Assembly (NCBI GenBank): GCA_025558095.1
Contig: JAIVFI010000007.1
Coordinates: forward strand, 806,001 to 870,000
Source of the DNA: Hyaloraphidium curvatum SAG 235-1
Lineage: Eukaryota; Fungi; Monoblepharomycota
Direction: 5' to 3'
DNA length: 64,000 nt
The notes under the pieces are model-generated. The model made no database searches. It was not told where the DNA came from and saw only the letters and a list, made by a program, of their open reading frames with translations. Numbering within the stretch: the stretch's first letter is position 1; each line of letters starts with the position of its first letter. Of this stretch, positions 1 through 8,534 are shown one piece after another. The translations under genes were made by a program, and so were the position numbers.

Positions 1-3000
1 ACCTGCCCGGCTGGTCCGGCATGTTCCACCGGATGGAGACACACCCCTCCGAGGCGCCCGCCGGCACCAGGGTGATCTTCATGGAGTACGTCGCCGTCCA
101 GTCGATCATGCAGCGCTCGTCGATGGAGGCTCTAGCCCGGCACTCGGGCTGGAACCCCGATTGGCAGCCCTTCGGGGAGTGGCTCGCCCAGGCCGACCCC
201 ATCCGGCCCAAGAAGCAGCTCAACTCGGTGCAGCACGCCAGCGCGGTGGCATACCTCGACCAGAGCTCGGAGCGGCGCGAGGCGCTCGAGAACGAGATCG
301 AGACGTCGCTGCTCCAGGCCATCGGCAGCAAGGGGCTGCCCCCGGCGCTGCCCTACGGTCCCGCCGCGGCCGCTGCTGCCGCCACCGACTCTGCCGCCTC
401 GAACCCCCCCCTCGCCGCCGCCTCCCCCGCTACCGCCTCTGCCGCCGCCCCACTCCCCCGCCCCAAGCTCCAGATGTACACCTGCATCGACGACCGGGAA
501 TGCTCCCTCCGCCGGCACGTCGAGGCCGAGGACCCCGGCGCGATCCAGACCTTCGGCGTTGCCGGCTTCTTCGGCGTTCCCATCCGGTACCGCCCCGCCG
601 ACGGCCGCGACGAGATGGTGCTCGCCCCCGAGGGCCAGAACCCCAACGCGGAGCTGGTCGAGGGCGAGGAGCGCAGCCACGAGGGCGAGGTGCGCGCGTA
701 CAACCGCAGGCGCAGGGTGGTGGCCTGGTTCGCGCAGGCGTGGGAGCGCATGTCCTTCTCGCCGTCGGGGTCGCTGGTGCTCTCGGCGTTCGCGCCCTTC
801 TCGCTGGCCAGGCTGGTGCTGACGGGCTACTCGCCCGACACCAAGCAGAAGGTCCGCGATTGGTTCAACCGCACCTTTTTGCCCAAGCCGCATACGGACT
901 TTGACCTGCCCTTCACCGCGGACCGCGCCGCCGCGCTGCTCGCGCGCACCTTCAAGAGCATGGGCGCCGACCGCCGCTGGGCTCCGCTGGTGCTGGTCCT
1001 CGGCCACGGCGCCTCGTCGGTCAACAACCCCTACGCGGCGGCGTACAACTGCGGCGCGTGCGGCGGGCGCGAGGGCGGGCCCAACGCGAGGGTGTTTGCC
1101 CGCATGGCCAACGACCCCGCGGTGCGGGCGCACCTCAGGGACGCGCACGGGATCCCGGTGCCGGACGACACGGTGTTCGTCGGCGGGGCGCACAACACGA
1201 CGGTGGACACGGTCGAGTACTTCGACGAGGACGACATCCCCGCCTCGCACGCGGCCGCATTTGCCGAGGTCAAGGGGATCGTCGGCCGCGCGCTGGGCGA
1301 GAACGCGCTGGAGCGGTGCCACCGCTTCCTGCTGGCAAAGAACATCACCACGCCCGAGGCCGCCCTGCGGCACGTGTGGACCCGCTCGATCGACCCCGCG
1401 GAGGTGCGGCCCGAGCTCAACCATGCTTCCAACGCCGCGGTGGTGGTGGGGAGGAGGGACCTGACCAAGGGGAGCTTCTTTGACCGGCGCGTGTTCCTGC
1501 CTTCGTACGACCCCGGGGCGGATGACGCGGCGGGAACCAACCTCGAGGGCGTGCTCGCGCCGGCGCTGATCGTCTGCTCCGGGATCAACCTCGAGTACCT
1601 CTTCTCCACCATCTCGGCGGACCGGCACGGATCGGGCACCAAGACCCCGCTGAACGTGGTCGGCAACATCGCCGTGCTCCAGGGCACCTCGGGCGACCTC
1701 CGCACCGGCCTCCCCAGCCAGATGACCGAGATGCACGCGCCCGTGCGGGCCCTCTTCGTCGTGGACGCGCCGACGGCCCGGGTGGAGGCGGTCCTGGGGC
1801 GGCGCGAGGAGCTCCGCCGGCTGGTGCACAACGAGTGGGTGCGCCTCGTGGTCCGCGACCCCGACACGGGGGTGTTCTACCGGTACCACGATGGCGCCTA
1901 CTCCGAGGCCTCGGAGCACCTCGCCGCCCCTCCGGTGCCGCTGCGGACGCGGTACCAGATCCAGCGCGAGTACGGGCTCCGCGTCGCCCGCCGCGAGGCG
2001 CTCATGTACAACGCCTCGGTGGCGGGGATGGCGGCCGCGACGGTGCTGCCGATCTGGCTGTGGGGCCCGGTGGCGATGAACCCGTACGGGATGGCGGTCG
2101 CAGCGTGCGCGGCGCTGCTGTCGTTCCCCGTGCTCGCGTTTTCGAAGAGGTACCTGCACGGGGAGTTCATGTTCGGGCGGTTCGCGTCGCTGTCGGCGGC
2201 GCTGCTGCTGGGGTTCAACATGGTGGCCACGGCGCCGAGCTTGGAGCACACCATGCTCGGGTGGAGCCTGTTCGGGTTTGCTTCGACCTTCCTCATCGGC
2301 TCGTACAACGACCGGCCCACGGTGCGCAACAACGCGACCTTCGCCTTTGCCGCCTACCGCATTTCGGACTTTGCGCTGCTGACGGCGGCCACTTTTGCCG
2401 CGACCGGACACCAGAACCTTGCCGTGGTCTCGGCGGGCCTGCTCGTGGCCGCGCTGTGGAAGAGCAGCCAGTTCCCGCTCACGGGCCTGTTCGTGCGGTC
2501 GATGGAGGGGCCCACGCCGACGAGCGCGCTCGGCTATGCCGGGCTGTCGGCCCACGTCGGCGTCGTGCTGCTCGCGGGAACCATGCCCTACTGGTACCCC
2601 TTCGAGTGGGCGCGGATCACGCTGGCTTCGCTGGGATTGTTTACGGCCGGGTACAGCACGCTGGTGGCCAAGATCCGCTCGGACCGCAAGGGATCCGTGG
2701 CCCGTGCGACGTCGGCGACCCTCGGACTGATCTTCGTCACCCTGGCCGCGGGCTACCCCGCCGTGGCGCTGCTCATGGCGCTCGGCCACGCGGCGTTCCG
2801 GATGATCCAGATCCTGCGCGCGCCCAACGTGATCGCCGACTCGCAGTTCCTCCGCGCCGCCCTCGGCAAGATGCCCTGGCCGCGCGTGGTGCCCGACAGA
2901 CTGTACCGCTTCGTGTGGGCCCTGCGCCGGATCGACAACGACGTGCACCTGCTCAGCGTGCTCAACTGGATCGGCGGGCACCTGCACCTCCCCAGCGCGC

Positions 3001-3431
3001 GCAAGCTGAGCAAGCTGCAGCAGTGGGCGCTGACGGCCGTCGGCGTGGTGATTGCCGGCGCGCCCTTCACCCCGCTATCGCACGGGCTGGAGGAGTGGCT
3101 CATGCACACCCTGCCCGAGCACACGTTCGTGGCGGTGATGGTGATGGTGGCGCACTTTGGCCTCTCGGTGGTGGTCATCCGCTACCTGCTCACGCAGGTG
3201 CTCAGCGCGCGGAGGTTCAGGCGGTCAAGCGCGCTGGCGCTGCCGCAGGCGCTGGCGCAGCAGAAGGTGCCGGCGCCGGGCGCGGTGGCCAAGGCCGGCG
3301 ACATGGTCAGGCCCTCGGCAGGTGCGTTTTCCAGAGGCAGGCGGTTGGGATCATCGACTGATTGGACTTTTGTTCCTGCAGGGCCCGTGAACGGTACTCA
3401 GGTGGTCGACATGACCAAGGCCGCAAAGTGA
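1..3431 (+). CDS. DabA-DabB (MpsB-MpsA-like) fusion: DUF2309 beta-CA-like domain plus NuoL/MrpA-like membrane domain; putative inorganic carbon transporter, 5'-truncated
   Basis: The frame is open to the window edge (LPGWSGM..., itself a DUF2309 motif). DUF2309 motifs: CIDDRECSLRRH, GVAGFFG, LGHGASSVNNPYAAAYNCGACGG, HNTT, RPELNHA, RRVFLPSYD, INLEYLFS, GDLRTGLPSQM. From ~nt 2000 a polytopic domain: SKRYLHGE, YRISD, KSSQFP, SMEGPTPTSA, GHAAFR. Probable in-frame intron 3322-3381 (GTGCGT..CTGAT..CTGCAG). Confidence 0.93.
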   Translation, partial: LPGWSGMFHRMETHPSEAPAGTRVIFMEYVAVQSIMQRSSMEALARHSGWNPDWQPFGEWLAQADPIRPKKQLNSVQHASAVAYLDQSSERREALENEIETSLLQAIGSKGLPPALPYGPAAAAAAATDSAASNPPLAAASPATASAAAPLPRPKLQMYTCIDDRECSLRRHVEAEDPGAIQTFGVAGFFGVPIRYRPADGRDEMVLAPEGQNPNAELVEGEERSHEGEVRAYNRRRRVVAWFAQAWERMSFSPSGSLVLSAFAPFSLARLVLTGYSPDTKQKVRDWFNRTFLPKPHTDFDLPFTADRAAALLARTFKSMGADRRWAPLVLVLGHGASSVNNPYAAAYNCGACGGREGGPNARVFARMANDPAVRAHLRDAHGIPVPDDTVFVGGAHNTTVDTVEYFDEDDIPASHAAAFAEVKGIVGRALGENALERCHRFLLAKNITTPEAALRHVWTRSIDPAEVRPELNHASNAAVVVGRRDLTKGSFFDRRVFLPSYDPGADDAAGTNLEGVLAPALIVCSGINLEYLFSTISADRHGSGTKTPLNVVGNIAVLQGTSGDLRTGLPSQMTEMHAPVRALFVVDAPTARVEAVLGRREELRRLVHNEWVRLVVRDPDTGVFYRYHDGAYSEASEHLAAPPVPLRTRYQIQREYGLRVARREALMYNASVAGMAAATVLPIWLWGPVAMNPYGMAVAACAALLSFPVLAFSKRYLHGEFMFGRFASLSAALLLGFNMVATAPSLEHTMLGWSLFGFASTFLIGSYNDRPTVRNNATFAFAAYRISDFALLTAATFAATGHQNLAVVSAGLLVAALWKSSQFPLTGLFVRSMEGPTPTSALGYAGLSAHVGVVLLAGTMPYWYPFEWARITLASLGLFTAGYSTLVAKIRSDRKGSVARATSATLGLIFVTLAAGYPAVALLMALGHAAFRMIQILRAPNVIADSQFLRAALGKMPWPRVVPDRLYRFVWALRRIDNDVHLLSVLNWIGGHLHLPSARKLSKLQQWALTAVGVVIAGAPFTPLSHGLEEWLMHTLPEHTFVAVMVMVAHFGLSVVVIRYLLTQVLSARRFRRSSALALPQALAQQKVPAPGAVAKAGDMVRPSAGAFSRGRRLGSSTDWTFVPAGPVNGTQVVDMTKAAK

Positions 3432-3758
3432 TCTGACGCAGGATAGACGGACGCTCGAGAACGGTAGACGGAGACGCCAAAGACGGTGACGTAACATGGG
3501 GAAGATGGGCAGACGGTGGCTGATTCTGGTTGCTCGCCACGAGCGATCCATTGAGAGAGACTCTTCTTCAATTGTACATAGACGCGAGTAAAGACACGAC
3601 TTTGACAGATTCGAGGTGTTCGTGGTCAGGCGGAATCCGATCGACATGACCGAAGTGGCGGCGATTGGGTGCGCAATGGCCGGTGGCCGGACCAGCACCC
3701 GTTCAAGCTCTGAATGCCCGCGAGTCGCAAACAGGCACGCTGTCCGCGGAGCCATGCG

Positions 3759-4428
3759 CTAGAGCTTCGCCGCCTGCTTCTTCCTCAGCCGCCCGGTCAG
3801 GTGGTGCGACAGCTCCGTGTCGCTCGTCTGCATCTTGACCTCGTCTGTGCGTTCGCGGAAATCAGCACGATTTCGACGCCGCCGCCCGGCCCAGGAACCC
3901 ACACGTCAGCTCCTCCCCGTCCCACACGTACGTCCGCTCCACCTTGACCACCGGCGCCGCCGTCGGCCCGGTTTTCTCCACGCGGGAATTGGACGCCGGG
4001 AACACCAGCTCGGTCTTGCCGCCCGCGGCCGGCCCGACGCGCCCGAAGTTGAACTCGGCGTTGCCGAGCGGGTTGGCCACCACGAGCTCGATGAAGGGGC
4101 TGCCCTCCCCGAACGAGAAGAGCCGGACAAAGCCGTATTCCGAGTGCTTCGAACGCACGCGTCAAACGGGTGTTGGACGCGGGCCGGCGTGCGGACCGAC
4201 CACCGGCATCGACGGGTCCTCCTTGGACCACGTCTCCTGCGAGTAGGATATGTAGTTCTTGGAGCCGTGGTGCCCGAAGCTGCAGCGCTCCGTGTACTTG
4301 TGCTCAACGCCCGGTTTGGTGGGGTACGAGGCGGTGCCCTCGCCCTCCCAGACGCCGAGGAGGAGCGCGAAGCCGGGCGACGCGCGGGGGAGGAAGTGGT
4401 GGATCGCGGGGGCGCCGGGCGCGGCCAT
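3759..4428 (-). CDS. Nitrobindin/THAP4-like heme-binding beta-barrel protein (DUF1794), 3 exons, PTS1-like C-terminus
   Basis: LLGVWEGEGTASYPT..YTERCSF..YSQETW..HSEYGFVR..ERTY..LTYEVKM..HHLTGRLRK..AKL*. Introns ~4200-4147 and ~3902-3847. Confidence 0.85.
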
Positions 4429-4707
4429 CGCGGAAAACGCGGAGGAAAGGAGGGAGATGGAGGGGTGGAAGGGTTCCGCTGCTCGAGCGGGTGTGTGTCG
4501 GCGAAATCCGCTGGGGCCGAGGAGGAGCTGTGCAAGGGCTTGACGGCCGGGGCTGCAAAAGCATCAGTCTCTTTGGGGCCTTGCTGCCGCAACAAGGTCG
4601 GCCCGATATCTCCGAGTTGGCGGTCGACGCATCGCGACCCAGACAGCGTGCATTAATTGCTGCTGCTGCCAGCGAGGGCTCCCGGCGGTCACACGACGCA
4701 AACGGCA

Positions 4708-5735
4708 ATGGGGGATCTCGTGGACGTCGAGGTGTCCTACGAAGTCTTCGACGCCATGACGGAGATGCAAGTCATCCTCAACAGCCGCTTGCGCGTTCCG
4801 CGCGTGCTCTCGAAATCGCTCCTCGACTCCGCCACGAACGAAAACCTGGGGCCGGAGGGAGAGGCGTTCTCCATGCACAGCCTGTTTTCGCGTTCCTGGG
4901 CGTGCGTCAACTGCCGGCAGGTCGTTTCGGGGCTCAAGCTGGCTGCGGCCGTAGGATGCAAGTTGATGGAACTCGACAAGCAGCTGACCCACACCCGGCT
5001 GAGTTTCCCTTACTGCCGGTTCACGGCGCGCTGCCAAACGGTGGCGTCCAAGCTCCGGGATGACCACATGGAAGGCGTGAAGCTCGCTGCCATTGAGTGG
5101 GGCGCCTGGGATGGCGGGCGGCGAACGATGGAGGTGGACTTGGTCTTCATCGATTATGGTGCGCTCTCGCTCTCCATACCTCGAGCCCAAAATCAAGAAG
5201 GTTCTCGTCAACCCCGCCATGTGGTTTGCCAACGGCAAGAGCGGCGACGTATCGACGGACTACTTGGGCGGCATCGCCAGGCTGGAGCTGCCCAGCGTGT
5301 ACGACGGGAGGAGGCCGTGTTCGGCATGCAAGGCGCCCGACGCGGGACGGTACAAGCGCCACCTCTTCCACGTCTGATCCCTCCACGGCATCGCATTCGC
5401 TTCGCACTGCGGCGCCTTTGCGTGCCGGGATGCCGTGGATAGGGGGTTGGACGCCCTCGTCGCGGCGGCGGCCCCGGCCGCCCAAGGGCTGGGGAAGAGC
5501 CGCCCGAGAAGCAGCTTCTGCATCCGGTGCGGATCGAGCTCGACCAACCCCAAGAAGGACCTACAGAGGCGCGTTCGATTCGGCCCACCCCCCATTCGCC
5601 GATCTCACCCTACCCCGGCCGAGCAGGTGCTCGCGCTGCAAGTAGGTGCACTACTGCTCGGTGCGGTGCCAGCGGGAGCACTGGAACGAGCACAAGGCGT
5701 CCTGCGTGCCGAAGGAGGCCGAGAAGGGGGAGTGA
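4708..5735 (+). pseudogene. Disrupted MYND-type zinc finger gene
   Basis: C-terminal FCIRC..|RCSRCK*VHYCSVRCQREHWNEHKASC is a MYND finger with an in-frame TAG (~5643). A further in-frame TGA lies at 5375-5377, there is an unresolved frame change near 5160-5200, and the intron donor near 5570 is GC rather than GT. Confidence 0.65.
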
Positions 5736-5999
5736 TTGCCGAGTGGCGCGCCTGGAGCGCAGGGGAGTGTTTTCCCGCGTACCGCGGGGCATTCTTGCAG
5801 AGCCGTGTAGACGGAAGCCGTGGTCTCTTGAATCGATAGCAATTGCTGCCTGCACCTCAAGCTGCTCGTTCTAGCTAAGCGCCGAAGGTGATTCGTCGCC
5901 AGCGCCAAACGTTTCGTTCGTTGGCGTTTTGGGACTGGGGCTTTGAGCGGCCACGACCGCTGACGTCACTTCCAACCTTCCATCCAGACGCCACGCGCC

Positions 6000-6563
6000 A
6001 TGGCGGACCTGCACGGCGACGACGACCACGGCGCTGCCGACCCATTCTCCGCCTGGGGCCGCTTCTTCGTCCGCGCGCCCACCGCCACCGCCGCCCGCGC
6101 CGCCCTCGCCGAGCTCCGCGCGCACGACGCCTCGCCGTGGGACGGCGCCGAAGACTGTCCCTCCCGCGGTGCCAGTTTCTCAGACAAGGGCGGAGAGCTG
6201 CTCAAGGACGTCCACGGGGCGCTGTGGATCGCGGTGCCCGGGCCCGGGGGGTCGCACTGCGCCGCGGACTGGCTGGAGGGCAACGGGAGGGCCGGGTGGA
6301 TCTGGGATGAGGGCTACAAGGTCGAGAAGAAGCTGCCCAAGGGGGCCAAGGCCGTGGGGAAGGCGGAAAAGTGGGCGGGGCTCGTCGAGCTCGTGGCGGC
6401 CCAGGAGAAGCGCGCCCACGAGGGGGAGGCGGCTGCCATGGCCGCGTTCCTCAAGGGTGGCACGAAGCGCAAGGAAGCCAGCCCTGCGGATGGTGAATCG
6501 CCCAAGAAGAAGGCTGGGAAGGACGGAAAGAAGAAGGTCGAGGTGGTAGTAATCAAGAAGTGA
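6000..6563 (+). CDS. Hypothetical protein, 187 aa, Lys-rich C-terminus
   Basis: GCCATGG start context, G/C-ending codons, basic NLS-like tail (TKRKE..PKKK). No family recognised. Confidence 0.6.
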   Translation: MADLHGDDDHGAADPFSAWGRFFVRAPTATAARAALAELRAHDASPWDGAEDCPSRGASFSDKGGELLKDVHGALWIAVPGPGGSHCAADWLEGNGRAGWIWDEGYKVEKKLPKGAKAVGKAEKWAGLVELVAAQEKRAHEGEAAAMAAFLKGGTKRKEASPADGESPKKKAGKDGKKKVEVVVIKK

Positions 6564-6830
6564 TTCCCTCAGCCGGGGAATGTCGCGGGCATTCTTGCGG
6601 AGCCGTAGATGGAGCCATTTTGTTGCTAAGGAGGATAGCGAGTCAAAGAAGGCAAGTAGCCGCTGCGGGTCTGCTGGCGGGAGACGAAAGCCCGCGAGTG
6701 AATTGGGGCTGGGGCGCGGGAGCGGCTCCGGGATGCAGTGACGACACCGCGCTGTGCCCGCTGCCACCCGCGCCAACTCGGCGGCAGATTTGCTGAGGTT
6801 CATTGTTCCGCTACCGCAACATGCCGGACG

Positions 6831-6837
6831 ATATAAG
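6831..6837 (+). promoter_or_regulatory. Putative TATA box of the trypsin gene
   Basis: ATATAAG in a GC-rich background, ~85 nt upstream of ATG 6916. Confidence 0.45.
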
Positions 6838-6915
6838 GCGCGGCCGCCCGGGGCCACCGGAGCCCGGCAACGCACAGCAGAACAGACACTCCCCCGAGCA
6901 GCGCCGAAGCGCACA

Positions 6916-8170
6916 ATGCACCTCCGCCGCCTCGCCCTCGTCCTGGCCGCCGCCCTGGCCATCGGCACGGCCGACGCCGCCCCCGTCCGCCGCGATGCGG
7001 AGGCGACCGACCACGCCGAGCGCATCGTCGGCGGCACGCAGGTCGCCGACCGCGCCGCCTACGGCTTCATGGCCGCGCTCCGCAACTCGGCGCTCAAGGC
7101 GCTCTGCGGCGGCACGATGATCGCGCCCAACCTGCTGCTCACGGCCGCGCACTGCGTCGAGAACACGAGGCCGGAGGACTGGACCGCGTCGACCTACAGG
7201 CTCGACAGGAACCTGAGCTCGGCAGAGGAGGGGGGGATCGACTACACCGGCGTCAAGATCTACATCCACCCGAACTACCGGTGGGTGTCTCCGGGTCCCC
7301 TCTCGAGTTTGGATGAGCTGACGTCCGCCTCCCTCCAGCGAGTTGAACAACACCCTCGAATGGGACGCCGCCATCATCGTCCTCTCCCCCCCCAAGAACT
7401 ACGGCACCTTCACCCAGACGTTCATCGCCCTCAACCGCGACCCCTCCGTCCCCGCCGACGACTCGACCGCCCGCGTCATCGGGTGGGGCAAGACCTCCAA
7501 CGACGGCCTCTCCTCGCGCTTCCTGAACCAGGTCGACGTCGGCACCGCCTCCCCGGAAACATGCCAGCGCGTGCTCGGCGGCGCCGCCTTCGGCCACCCC
7601 TCGATGCTTTGCGCCGGCTGGCTGGGCAAGGACTCGTGCAACGGCGACTCGGGCGGGCCGCTCTTCCTCGCCGGCGAGACGCCCGTGCAGGTCGGGATCG
7701 TGTCGTTCGGGACCAACGGGTGCGCGCATCCGGTGGAGTACCTCGGCGTCTACACGAGGGTGAGCAGCGTGGTGTCGTTCGTGGACGCGGTCGCCGACGC
7801 CGAGGGTGCGGGGAAGCCTCCGGCCACGTCGGAGGTGCCTGTGCCGCCGGCGACCACGGACATCCCGGCGCCTTCCCCGACTTCGATCGATGTTCCCACG
7901 GGCACCGTCGACCCGGTGCCCACCGAGACCTGGGGGCAGGAGCCAACCTACACCTACACCTCGGACGCCTCGTACCCGACCGACACCTGGGCGCCCCTGC
8001 CGACCGACTACCCCGCTCCCACGGACACCTGGGATCCCGCGCCGACGGAAGCGCCCTTCCCCACGGACGACCCCGCCCTGCCGACCTGGGACCCCGAGCC
8101 GACCGAGGCCAGCGGCGCGGGGGGGTGGGGCTTCCCGCTGCCGTTCCCGTTCCCGATGCCGGGCAGGTGA
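6916..8170 (+). CDS. Secreted trypsin-like serine protease (S1A) with Pro/Thr-rich C-terminal tail
   Basis: Signal peptide MHLRRLALVLAAALAIGTADA, activation site R|IVGG, LTAAHC, WDAAII, KDSCNGDSGGPL (Asp in S1 pocket). Intron 7281-7338. Confidence 0.95.
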
Positions 8171-8534
8171 TCTCTGGCGGGGCAGGGAACAAAAGGGCGG
8201 ATCGCCCGGTTTTGTATCTTCGATATCCGGTTCACTAGATACCAAGTTGTCGCACGCAGAGGCCCGTCATCCTGATCCGCCGGTGGCCAAAGGATCTCGG
8301 CGATGTGGACCATTCGAAGGAGAATTCATGTACTGTCTTCTCATTGCGGATTAGATCGCAGCACATGAGAAGCTTTTGTTCCGACGGTGGCTTCCGCCGG
8401 CCGGCTGCTCCGCCGCATCGACGTGGCCGGCCGCCGATCCGATCGGGGAGTCTTTGCCGCAAGGGAGCGCACGGCCACCACAACCCTGCGCAAAGCCGAG
8501 CGGCCCCGAGCCCCGGCATATCCCGCACAACACA

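Noticed and set aside
355-460. Ala/Pro-rich stretch inside DabA as an intron or domain
   Set aside because: In frame, with no convincing donor/branch/acceptor set. Treated as a low-complexity loop insertion.
132-2987. 951-aa antisense ORF and many other long overlapping ORFs
   Set aside because: Shadow ORFs expected from very high GC3. They show no recognisable motifs and lie opposite or out of frame with well-supported genes.
1-3431. DabAB gene as bacterial contamination or as a mitochondrial ND5 insertion
   Set aside because: Codon style matches the host, it has a host-type intron and eukaryote-like low-complexity inserts, it is contiguous with intron-bearing genes, and the membrane domain is fused to DUF2309. 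Read-level confirmation is still needed.
5375-5645. Stop-codon reassignment suggested by in-frame TAG and TGA in the MYND gene
   Set aside because: TAG, TGA and TAA all terminate clearly intact genes here (e.g. TAG at 3759 and 59352, TGA at 8170), and conserved genes contain no internal stops. Pseudogenisation is simpler.
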